Under the pieces are notes generated by a model. That model was not told where the DNA came from. It searched no databases and was given only the letters and a program-made list of their open reading frames with translations. Below are positions 1-29,538 of a DNA stretch of 64,000 nt, in pieces. Origin of the DNA: Piromyces finnis finn (taxonomy: Eukaryota; Fungi; Neocallimastigomycota); the NCBI GenBank assembly GCA_002104945.1, contig MCFH01000011.1, positions 186,001 through 250,000 of the forward strand, written 5' to 3'. The position numbers were made by a program, and so were the translations under genes. Each line of letters starts with the position of its first letter. The stretch's first letter is position 1.

Positions 1-31
1 TTTATATTAATATATATTTAAATTATTATAG

Positions 32-1498
32 GTTAAGGAACCAATTCATAGATATATTATTGAAGGTGTTGTTGAATTATTAAGCCTACAAAAAGCACCT
101 CCAAATATTATAAATACAACAATTGAAGAAGAACAAACAATAAGCTCAGCCAAGGAAACTAAAAGTTCTAAAAATCATTCAGGTAGAAGAAAAAGAACTA
201 ATTCAACAGCACCAATAGGTTCTGTTGCTAATACAAATGTAAATACTCAATCAAAAGATAAAAAAAGTGATTCAAAGGAAAAAGATACAAAAGACTCAGC
301 TGTTAAACAAGATCAATCTAATAATAATAATGTTGAATTTTCTTACAAGTTAAAATTAATATCTTCTGATAATGCATCTGTAATAGTAACAAAAGATACC
401 GAAAAGGATGAGAAATTTAAAGTAATAAAAGATTCTTGGGAGACAACACAATCTGGAAGAGCTATAAAAGCAAAAGAATCAAGAATTAATTATTTAAAAC
501 AATTAGAAAAGGGAACAATTAAAACTGTTCCTTTATTTACTAAAAATTTTATAGAATTAAATGGACCATCTTTAATAATGAATCATTATATTAGTGCTTA
601 TTATGGTAATACTTCTAATCCATCTACCGCAAATACTAGTGCTACTGCTGAAAGCAATGTATCACCTTCAACTTCAAATGAATATAAATTAAATAATTCA
701 GCATCTTTTAGATATGGTAACGATCTAGATAATTCAGAAAATACAGATAATTTATTGGAAAAAAACCTTTATGAATTATTAGAAAAAACTAATATAAATT
801 CAGCTATTACAAATCCAAAACATCTTCACAAGAAATATTATTCAGAATCAAATCTTAACGATATACATCAATACTCAAAAAACTTCAATCGTATGAATTC
901 ACAACAAGATGTAGTGAAAGGTTCAAAAGATATAATTGAAAAAATATTATACTCTAAGCCAATTAAATCATATGAACAATTACTCAATGAAAATAATGTG
1001 GTTATGACGGATGAAGAAGTGTCACTTTTAAGAACTAAGAGTACAACACTTTCCTATAATAATTATTTAGCTAAATATATACGAAAAGTAAATGAAATAC
1101 CTAAACCTCCACTTCTTTATAAACCATGGTCTATTGTTTATGAATTAGATAATCCACCAAAAATGAAAGATGAAGAACTTATTAATAAACGTATTGAAAA
1201 AATTGAAGAAATTAATAAAAATTTCAACGATTTCCAATCTTCAATAGTTAATAATAGAGATGAAAAAAGAAAAATGAGAGTTCATGAAAAACAAGCACAG
1301 ATTGATCGTTTAATAGACAAGCGCCAAATTGCTGAACAATTACATAAAATAGATTTTGAGAGAAGGAAATTATACAAAATTAATTTACTTGAAGAATTAA
1401 AACAATTAAAAATACATATTGAACAAGAAAAACAGTTACAAGCTAATATAAAATCCATTCAAGAATCACAATCATTTTTAGCAGACACCGATTATTAG
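32..1498 (+). CDS. ADGB: 3'-terminal exon of an androglobin-like protein (gene starts upstream of the window)
   Basis: An AG acceptor sits at 30-31. The frame is open from 32 to the stop at 1498 and includes track ORF 578-1498. The translation HRYIIEGVVE...YKLKLISSDN...VTKDTEKDEKFKVIKDSWETTQSGRAIKAKESRINYL resembles the remembered ADGB C-terminal segment (KKDTERADEIRAMKQAWETTEPGRAIKASQARLHYL) and is followed by a terminal coiled coil. The calpain and globin domains are not in the window. Confidence 0.7.
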   Translation, partial: VKEPIHRYIIEGVVELLSLQKAPPNIINTTIEEEQTISSAKETKSSKNHSGRRKRTNSTAPIGSVANTNVNTQSKDKKSDSKEKDTKDSAVKQDQSNNNNVEFSYKLKLISSDNASVIVTKDTEKDEKFKVIKDSWETTQSGRAIKAKESRINYLKQLEKGTIKTVPLFTKNFIELNGPSLIMNHYISAYYGNTSNPSTANTSATAESNVSPSTSNEYKLNNSASFRYGNDLDNSENTDNLLEKNLYELLEKTNINSAITNPKHLHKKYYSESNLNDIHQYSKNFNRMNSQQDVVKGSKDIIEKILYSKPIKSYEQLLNENNVVMTDEEVSLLRTKSTTLSYNNYLAKYIRKVNEIPKPPLLYKPWSIVYELDNPPKMKDEELINKRIEKIEEINKNFNDFQSSIVNNRDEKRKMRVHEKQAQIDRLIDKRQIAEQLHKIDFERRKLYKINLLEELKQLKIHIEQEKQLQANIKSIQESQSFLADTDY

Positions 1499-2112
1499 AA
1501 ATCTATTTATACTTATATATATAAATAAAGAAAATATATTTAATTTATACCGACTTATTTTTTAGTTAATAACCAGGCAACTTGTTTTAAAATCTGTTAT
1601 TAATATAGAACTCCTTTTTTTTTTTTTTTAAATAGTATTTTTATGATAATCGAAATTAATAAAACTTTGTAAATAATAAGTTTATAAATTCATAGAATAT
1701 AAATATATTTTCTTTTTATGTATATTTTATTTTTTTATAACTTAAAATTTAGATTTTTATTACTATTACTTCTATTATTGTTATTATTATTGTTATTATT
1801 ATTATTTTTTTTAAAATAGTTTTTTAATAGGTGATTTTTTAATTTCTTATTAATTTATAATTGTGAAAAATAGATATCGAAAACGCATAATTATTAATTA
1901 ATTGGTATTATCAATATTTGATATGAAATAATTAATAATTATATATATATTACAGTGGTGTATATATAATTCTAGAATAGTTATTATAAGAGTGTAAAGT
2001 ATTTATTTATTATTATTATTATTGTTGTTGTATTAATTGAATAATAATTTAATTGTAATTTTGTAATTCTTTCTCTTTTATATACTTTGATAGTAATTTT
2101 TCTTTCAATCGT

Positions 2113-2139
2113 AAAAAAAAAAAAAAAAAAAAAAAAAAA
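2113..2139. repeat. Poly(A) tract
   Basis: A homopolymer run just downstream of the TIM10 stop codon. Confidence 0.9.
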
Positions 2140-2165
2140 CAAATTTGAATCTGCTTTAATATATT

Positions 2166-2735
2166 TTAGCTACCATATTTTTTTCTTCTTCTTTTTTCTT
2201 GGAATTCTTCTACTCTTTTTTGTTGTTCTATTTTAGCTTGTGAAGCAGCTTGCAATCTATCATTAATATTTTTATTAACCTCAAAGTATTTCAATACACA
2301 TTTGTCCATACATAAACTTTCTCTTGTTGTAACATCTCCTGATTCATAAGTTTTATCGTAACATTTTTGATAACAACGATTTGTTATTCTGTGAAATGAA
2401 TTTAAATTAAAATTACGTATTTATGAATTTTTCAATTAATAACTTTTTTTAATTTACATTAAATTACTATCATATTATATTTTGATTACATACTTTCTCA
2501 ATAATTCTGTAACAAGTTCAAATTCTAAATTTTTTATAATTATTTTATTTTATTTTTTAAAAAAAAGTTATTGTGGATTAGATTTATAGTTATAAATATA
2601 TTAATTATACTAATAAAAATATAATATTAAAAACATATATATATATATCTAAAACTAAATTATATTTTTATAATTTCAATTTAATTCGAGTTTTATACCT
2701 TGTTCAGCCATACGCATTTGCATTTGATTATCCAT
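2166..2735 (-). CDS. TIM10: Small Tim chaperone, Tim10-like (3 exons)
   Basis: Exons are 2735-2699, about 2524-2494 and about 2388-2166, with GT-AG introns. They give MDNQMQMRMAEQEFELVTELLRKITNRCYQKC...RESLCMDKCVLKYF...KKYGS*. The twin CX3C motif and the AEQEFE and ESLCMDKC segments match Tim10. The ORF track misses this gene. Confidence 0.85.
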
Positions 2736-4029
2736 TTCTTTTTTATATTTTTTTAGCATAAATTATTTCTTTTTATAAAAATTTAATTTTGAATAATTTT
2801 ATTTATTAATATTTTTTTATAAATTTTTGATTGGAGTCTAAAGTTTTAACCTTTTCGCAACTTTAAAAGGTTAATCCGCTTAAGTGAGATATTCTTTGAT
2901 TTATTCTTATTAAACATTTTATTACTTAATTATTTTATAATTCGTTAATAACATACAACTATAAAAATTGTAACTATTAATTAAAAAATAAGTAAAGAAT
3001 TGTAGTGTATTTAATTTTATATATATATATGATAATTTAAACCTTATAATTTTTAAAACCCAAATATCTGAGTTTAATTTTTTTTTAATATTTTTTTAAA
3101 AAAATAAATCCATTAGGACATGAAAATAAATAATGATATATATAATATAAACTATTCTAATAAAGGTAATAATTTCTTAATAATAATAAAAATATAAAGT
3201 ATTAAAAACAACTTTCTTAAAATATGAAAAAATTATAAAAAAAAATTATTAAATCATAATAATTATTTTATATATTTAATTAGCAAAAAGGATAAAAGAA
3301 TTTTAAAACTTGTGTATATTTGTTGAGTATAATAGTATAATATATATATACTTCATTTTATTATTACTATTTTTAATATTATTGTTTAGTTACAGAAAAA
3401 ATAAAACAAATTATAAAGATAATAAATTTATAGATGTTATTCTTAATATTATAAAATATACAATTAAATAAGAAAGAAAGTGAATAAAAAGAGTTAAGTA
3501 TAAATGTAAAATAACTAATATAAATATTATTATTTTTCCATCTTTATTATAATGCGATATTAATGGCTAGTAATAAATTTGCATAAATTTATTATAAATA
3601 AAATTTTTTTTAATAAAATATTATAAGAAAATTATATAACTAATTAAACTTTTAAGAGTTTAAAAATTTTAATTATTTTTAATATTTAATTATTAAATAT
3701 GAAATAAATAAATTTAATCAAATTTTATTTTCAAGTTGTATTTTTTAATAATATTTTCATATTTTTATTATATTAAAATTACATAAGAATAAAATAAAGT
3801 AGGAAGAAATATAATTATAAAAAGGATTTTAAAAATATAATGCTCAAAAAGTGATTATTATTTATATTATAAATAATAATTGGAATTGGAAATATTTTAA
3901 ATAAACAAACTACGGTTTTTTATTATATCTATTTTTTATATATAACAATTTTACTATATATTACCATTTTATTAATAATATAATTCAACAAAGTCTTAAA
4001 TAAATATTATAAGTACATTTAAAATAAAA

Positions 4030-5944
4030 ATGAATAAACATATAAAATACTTATTACCATTGTTATGCATTCAATTGGCTACTATTAATTGTGAAATAGT
4101 TGGTGCTAATGAATATTCAAGTAACCATTTTAAAACCCAATTAGATGGAAGTTTTAAAAAATATTTTAATGATAATATTTATAAAATTAAGGAATACTCA
4201 AGAGAAAGAAAATTCTTTAATAGACGTCAAGATACAAACAATGAAGGTGCACCTCCTGATAATAATTTAGTTCATGATTTATCATGTGGCGGTAATTTTA
4301 TTGCTAATTTGAATACTTGTTTATCTCAAGAAACTGAAAAAAATAATTTTTCATGTTTACAAGATATAACTGTTGATCAATTTAGTGCATACCTTAGCTG
4401 TGATAATTCTGATGTACCAAATTATGGTAATTTAATTAATGCAATTGTTCTTAACAACTTAAAAAATAAAGATTATATAAATACTTTAGCAAAAGCAAAG
4501 GAAGCAAAGAAAGATAATGATAGATTAAGTGTAGGGGAAATTGTTATTGATGTTATAGAAAAGTTAAAAATTGTCGCTAATAAGAATTCTCTTCCATATA
4601 CAACAACTCATTTTATTGAGGAAATGAAAGAGATACAATTAGAAGAACAAAAAGATGAAAAATTAATAAGTACAGACTATTATAATTGTTTGAAATTGGT
4701 TGATGATGAAATTTATTCAGTTGATACTACATCTGTATGCTTATGTGGTTATGGTTATAATAAAGAGATTAAAGGATATAATAATGATATTAAATTAAAT
4801 GCGTTATATTCATATTATGGTTTTTCTGAACAAAGTTTTACTGATGTTTGTTCACCAATTCTTGAAAATTCAGAAGTTTTTAATAATGAAAATCAGTTCA
4901 TTTCTGAAAAAGTTAGAGATTCAAGTTTATCTACGTTACTTAAGGAATATAATATCCCAAATTATGGTTCAGTATTTAATGAAATGATGATGAATACATT
5001 AAAAAGTCAAACCCTTTCTTTAAAGAAAGTTGTTTATAATTTATATACTGAAATTGGTGATATTAGTCGTAACAATTATAATGAAAATGAAGCATCACAT
5101 GAATTTGGAAGATGTATGGTTCAAGCAAATAATAGAGTTTTTGATAATTCTGGATTAAGTTATTGTTTATGTAATGCCGGATATAATTCATTTTCTGCTT
5201 TAAATGAAGTTTTTAAAAGTCACAATTTAAGCGAAGATACTTATAATGAATTATGTTCACAAATAAAAGAAGAAAGAAATAAGGAAATATATTGTCGTTT
5301 AGGAAATAATGGTAAATATTTTTACTAATTTATTTTTTCTTTTTTTCTTTTTTTTTTTTTTTTCTATTTGTAATTTCTTTTATTATAATATGTATGTATT
5401 ATTCAATATTAATAACATTACATTTTATTTTTATTTAGTTCAAGAATGCATTGATAAAAAGGTTACATCAAACGAAGAATTAAAAATTTCAAAACAAAAT
5501 TATACTGATTGTTTAGATATTGGTGTTGAACAAAATTACTTAAGACAAACTAAATGTTTATGTGATCTTTACAAGGCCGAATGGAAAGATAATGAATTTT
5601 TATCATGCTATGGTTATACAGAATTAAGTTTCATTTTAGGTTGTAGACAATTCTACCCAAATCAAATGTTTTCAGATAATCCAGCAAGAGGTATTGAAAA
5701 CTTTTATAGTGAAAATTATGATGATAAATGTGGTGACAGTGGTACAGGTGGTGGTCACATTGTTCATGATCCATGCGTTTGTAAGATTAGAGAAGAAAAT
5801 CAAGAAGTAAGTTTAGAATTAGAAGATATTTGTTCAAGAGTTGGTACTGAACCAAGGACATGCTCTAATAGTGTATTATCATATAAAATATCCGGAGCTT
5901 TAATGCTTTTTATTATTATTTTTAGTTTCTTCTTATATATATAA
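4030..5944 (+). CDS. Secreted, probably GPI-anchored Cys-repeat protein (~595 aa, 2 exons)
   Basis: Exons 4030-5311 and 5439-5944 join in frame (GT-AG). The protein has an N-terminal signal peptide, three C-x14-16-CLC repeats, and a C-terminal SNS followed by a hydrophobic tail. Confidence 0.75.
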
Positions 5945-6010
5945 TAAAATTAAAATTATTATTATTTATTTTTTTCAAAAAAAATATAATGTATATATAA
6001 ATAACAATTA

Positions 6011-6044
<34 letters not shown>

Positions 6045-6068
6045 TTTTTATTATTATTATTATAATTA

Positions 6069-7833
6069 TTACAATTCTTCAATTAATTTTTTTCTTTTAT
6101 TTATTGTATTTTTTTCTTTTATTCTATCGTATTTCTTTTTATTTTCAGATATATCCATTTTTATTGCTTTCATTTCTTCGTTTTTTAATTCTAAACTTTG
6201 AACTAGAATTTTTATTAGATCATCAGACAATATTTCTTCTGTATTTGAGTAACAAAGGTAGTAATATAACTTTTTTTCTGTTCTAAAACCTTTTTTAATT
6301 AATGTATTTAAATGATTATACTTTTCTTTACTTTCTTTCTTTCTTTTCTTTTCTTCTTTTACTTGTAATTGATATTGTTTATATAATTCAATTAAATCAG
6401 AAAATGCTAATAAAATATTTTCTCTTTTGTGTATTATTTTTATTGAGTCTTCAATAGTCATTATATTCTGCTCAATATTATTAATTATTTGTTTCTATTT
6501 ATATTATTTTATATAAATTAATTATATTTAATAAAATTTTTTTTTTGTTAGGTTAATATTATAAATAACCTTTTTACCTTTTGAAAATATATAGTTTTTG
6601 ATTCTAGAATTTCCTCGATATTGTTAAAATTATATTGTAAATTGTTATCAAGAATTGTCGTTAGTTCCCATATAGTTTCCGAGGCTTCTTTTATGAAGCT
6701 AAACATTTCACCATTAAAGTAACGAGTTATATAGGCATATGTGAATCTATTTGTAATTACAATTAAAACTTAATATTCAATCTTATATTATCACTATTTT
6801 TTATTTAATTTAAAAAATAGATATATTATTATTACATTATATCAATTATGTTAAATCCTAAAAAAATCTTTGGCTTATTTGAAATATTATTTATCTTTTG
6901 TATATTATTATTTAATATTGGATATTTTATATTAATTATTGATTGTTCAATTTCTTTTTGTTCAATTTCTTTAATAAGAACATTTTCATTTTCATTTATT
7001 TTATATTCCCACCATGGTTTCCATGGTATTATAATTTCATCTAATTGAGAATCTAAATCTTTTTGACTATTTAATAACTTTTTAAATTGTTCCTTTTCTT
7101 TATTATTAAGTTTATTCCATATTGCTTCTGTATTCATGTTATCTATGATAAATTAAGATATATTATATATTACTATTAATTATTATATCAATAATTAATT
7201 AATTATTATTATATATATATATTTTAAAAATTATAAAAATACCTAAATTTAATCCCGAAAATCTACTTATAATTTCGTCTTCACTATCACTTTCTATTAT
7301 TAATTTTATATATAAAATTTGTAAAGAATTAGTAAATTTCATTTTATTAATTAATAATAATTATTATATCAAAGAAAAAACCTTGTTCACAATCGAGTTC
7401 ATAGGAATCCTCTTCTTCTATTTTTCTTAATATCCTCATAATTTCATTTTTACTATTTTCTGGTGCTTTTTCACCTTTTAATAAATTCATGAAATTTTCT
7501 TTAAAAAAAATTTCTGCACATTTATGTTCCTATTTTATTATGATTTTTAAATAATATAGTCTGTTAATGTCAATAATATATTTTTATATATTTATACTAT
7601 TTATACTACTTTTGATTGATAACAGGTTTTACTACAATATTGAAGATTACATCTTGGGCATACATATTTTTTATATTGCTTTAAACAACTTTAAAATTAT
7701 AAGAAATTGAAATTGTGTGAAATAATAATTAAAAATCTGAATAAGTTATATTTATGTATATATAAATAAATTACATTTGACAAATTTGTGTTTCATTATT
7801 AGAATTTATTATGGGATTATAAGCAGTACTCAT
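6069..7833 (-). CDS. ZNHIT2: zf-HIT protein of the ZNHIT2 family (7 exons)
   Basis: The spliced N-terminus reads CQICLKQYKKYVCPRCNLQYCSKTCYQSKEHKCAE (HIT zinc finger). The later IWNKLNNKEKEQF...IIPWKPWW segment matches the ZNHIT2 LWERL...LPPWRPWW motif. Confidence 0.85.
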
Positions 7834-8152
7834 TTTATTTTCGATTTTAAATCTATAAAGAAATAAAATTATAAAATACTTATTTATATTTATATTTTTA
7901 AATATTAAAATATTCTATATACATATGATTAAGTATATAGATAATATATAGTTTTAATATAAATTTTTTATAATCATTTTTTTTTTTAATTTTTTTTTTT
8001 TTTTTTATTTTTTTATTTTTTTTTTTTAACATTAAAATTATTTATATACTTTATATATTTGTTTTTTCAAAGTAATTTTAGGAGATTAGGAGTAATAAAA
8101 CAACAATTGTTATTATAAATTATTATAAATTTTGATTTTACTATATTTCAAA
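7834..8152. promoter_or_regulatory. Probable bidirectional promoter between ZNHIT2 and SNW1
   Basis: Only 319 nt separate the two divergent start codons, and the region contains poly(T) tracts. Confidence 0.55.
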
Positions 8153-10678
8153 ATGAGTTTAGCAAGGTAAGGAAAATAATAACATATTTACAAACTATAT
8201 GTAATTTTTTATATTAATGATAAATAATTTATTGACCATTTATTTTATGAAATTTATATAAAATAAAACAAATGAAAACAAATGAAAACAAATGAATACA
8301 TACAAAACAAACAAAATTTTATGGATTTTATTTAATTAAAAATGAAATATAAATAATTATTAAAATCAATAATAAAATCAATAATATATTTATTGCGCAT
8401 CTTATATTGGATTTTTAAATAATTATTGCAATTAATGATTTATAATTTCTTTATTATCTTACCATAAAATAATAATTTTCTGTACATTGGGTTTAATGAA
8501 AATAGTTTTTTACCAAAACCCAAAAATCAGCAATTAAATACGGAAACTATATACGATCATTCTTCAATAATCTCAGATGAAATAATTGGTCCACCTCCTT
8601 ATAGACAGAGAAAAGGTTTTATTCCAAAAACAGTTGAGGTGTTTATTTTATCTTTTATACATCCTTATTATTTTTATCTATAAAATAGTATTAATATCAA
8701 TGAAAAATTAATTATAAGTAAATTTAATTAATCAATATAATCCAAATAATTTCTCTTTATTTTTTTTTATATTTTTATTAAGGATTTTGGTAATGGTGGA
8801 GCGTTTCCAGAAATTCATGTTGTTCAATATCCATTAGATATGGGTAGAAAGAAGAGTATGAAAACTTCTTCTACCAAAACACTTCCTTTACAGGTTGATA
8901 AAGATGGAAAGATTAGATATGATTCTGTTTTAAGACAAGGTCATAGTGAGAATAGAATTATTCATTCTCAATTAAAAGATATTGTTCCAATGGAAAAACA
9001 TGAATTTAACGCAAGACCAAATGATGAAGAAATTAAAAAGACTACAGAGAAAACACAAGCTGCTTTACAAGCAATTTTAGAAGGTCGTTCAAAGACATCA
9101 CAAGGTAATTTAGGAAAAGATAAGAAGTCAGGAGCATCATTTGTTAAATATACGCCGGCTTCAAGATCCACAGTAGGTTCACGTATTATTAGGATGGTAG
9201 AGGCCCCAGTTGATCCCATGGAACCACCAAAATTTAAACATAAGAAAATGCCAAGAGGTCCACCATCACCACCAGCTCCAGTTTTACATTCACCACCAAG
9301 AAAAGTTTCAGCCGAAGATCAAAGCAATTGGGTTATTCCTCCATGTATTAGTAATTGGAAAAATGCTAAAGGTTATACTATTCCATTAGATAAGCGTTTG
9401 GCTGCTGATGGTCGTGGTATTCAAGATATTCAAATTAATCCTAAATTTGCCAGTTTTTCTGAAGCCCTTTCCATTGCTGATCGTCATGCACGTGAAGAAG
9501 TAAGATTAAGAGCAAATATGCAAACCAAGTTGGCTGCTAAAGAAAAGAAAGAAAAAGAAGAAAGATTAAGAATGCTAGCTCAACGTGCTCGTGAAGAAAG
9601 AGCAGGTAATATAATTATTTAAATTTATATGAAAAAAATATTAAATATTTACAAAGTATATTTTGTTTAATATTAATAAACGTATTAAAATACATTCATT
9701 TACATTAATAGGTTTAATTAATAATACATCTAATGAATATGAAAATGAAAGACGAAAAGAAAGAGATGTTTCAGAGAGTAGTTCAGAATCAGAATCAGAA
9801 TCAGATTCAGGTAATGGATCACCTAGATCTGAGCATTCCTACAAAGAACGCAGATCATCAAGACATAGAGACGAAAGTGAAAGTGAAAGAAAGGCTAAGG
9901 AACGTGATGATTTAAGACGTAGTAGACAAAAACAACGTGAAAGAGAAATGCGTTTATCTCATATGGGTCAAGAAACAAAATCTAAAGTTATGCGAAAACT
10001 GTAAGAATACATTATATATAACATTTTTATATAATATTATTTATAGTCAACAAATAGTATTTATTTTATATATTCTTAATTATATAAGAATTAATGATAA
10101 TTTATATATTTTTAATTTTTTATAAACTAATTTAGTGGTGACCGTGATATATCAGAAAAAATTGCATTAGGTTTAGCCCAACCAACTACATCAAAAGAAT
10201 CTATGTATGATCAACGTCTATTTAATAGATCAGAAGGTTTATCATCAGGTTTTGGAAGCGAAGATAGTTATAATATTTATGATAAGCCATTATTTGCTGA
10301 ACGTAGTTCAAATACAATATATAGACCAAAGAAGACTGTATCAGATGATAATTTTGATTCAGAAGCTATTGAAAAAATAGTTAGCAATAAAATGGGTAAT
10401 TATTACGAGAATAATAAGATCATATATGTATTATAAACAAAAATCTTTTATTATAGTAAATAAATTATAATTTTATTAATTTTTTATGATGTAAATATTT
10501 TATTTTTATAGGGGAAGGAAGTCGTGGATTTAAGGGTACTGATGGAACTTCTTCAAGGTCTGGTCCAGTTCAATTTGAAAAAGAATCAGATCCATATGAA
10601 TTAGAAAAATTTTTAAAAAATAAAAGAAATCATGAAAGTAGTGATGATAAAGGTGATGAAAAAAGAAGAAGACATTAA
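8153..10678 (+). CDS. SNW1: SNW domain splicing factor SKIP/Prp45 (6 exons)
   Basis: Motifs seen: MSLASFLPKP, PPPYRQRKGFIP, DFGNGGAFPEIHVVQYPLDMG, DPMEPPKFKHKK, IPPCISNWKNAKGYTIPLDKRLAADGRG, YDQRLFNRSEG, GPVQFEK. All introns are GT-AG. Confidence 0.97.
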
Positions 10679-11397
10679 TAATTATAAAATAATCTTATAA
10701 AAAATATCATAAATAAATTATCTATATTATTAGATACAATTCGTTATAATAATCATATCGCAAAATTTTATATAATTGATAAAATAAACTATTTTTTTTT
10801 TTTGTAAATAATTAATAAAAATAATTTATATATAGAAATAATTATATTATTATAGTTATAGTATAATATGTATTCATCATAGATTATTATTTATAATTTT
10901 AAAATTTTGTATATGAATATATAATTTCTCTAAGTGCATTAAAAAAAAATAATTATTTAAATTTAAATATCTTTTACTTGTTTCTGTTTTTTAAGAAAAA
11001 ATAATTAATATAAGTTTATATATATTATAATTATATAATTTAACAATGTTAAAATATTTATAATAACAAATTTTAATAAGAATGTAAAATCTTGTGTAAT
11101 ATGAAATGTTAATGGAAAACAAAACTAAATTATTTCATCTATAAGCGGAGTAATAATTTTATTTATAATAATTTTTATGATTTTTAATTTATAATAAATT
11201 AAAACGAATTAATTCTCATTTTTAATTAATTTTTATAAAAATTAAAATTTATTGTGGGAAAATATATAGAAAGAATAAAATAAATATATTTATAGCTTCA
11301 TTTTTTGTAATAGAAAAGAAATATTTGAAAATAAAACCAATATATATATATATATACATTACTATAATAATTTGTAGTTATGAATAATTAAAAATAA

Positions 11398-29027
<17,630 letters not shown>

Positions 29028-29538
29028 TGCTAATAAAACATATACCTTATTAAAATGATAACTATCAGAATAAATTTATTTCAATAATGTATTTTCATTT
29101 TTATTAATTTAATATAGTTGTAAAAATGATTGAATTGTACTTCTATTATGTAAAGATTAGAACTAGTTAAAATTTATGTAATTTCGTGTTACGAAACAAT
29201 GTAAATTATTTTAATCAATGAAAAAAAAACTAATAAAATTAGATTATATTATAAAATAAAATTAATTATTTTAATATAAAATTATATTATATACAGTTTT
29301 ATTTTATGATAGAAATTATTTAAAATTTATAAACTTTAAATGATTTAAAAATAAAACTTATTCAAAATATAACTATATTATTTATAAGATTTATTTATAA
29401 GGAGTTTTTTATTTTGAATTTAGTTATAATAGATTATAATTGTATTTTATTTTATTAAATATTTTATCCAAATAGAAATATAAATTATTATCATTAATAA
29501 CAACAAAGGCTTCTAAATGATATTATAGTTGAAACATA

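Noticed and set aside
5309-5438. Hydrophobic N-terminus of track ORF 5309-5944 as a separate membrane protein
   Set aside because: It is the T-rich intron 5312-5438 of the Cys-repeat gene read through.
8167-8505. Long first intron of SNW1 as a snoRNA host
   Set aside because: No convincing C/D or H/ACA boxes were found, only a short (AAATGAAAAC)n repeat.
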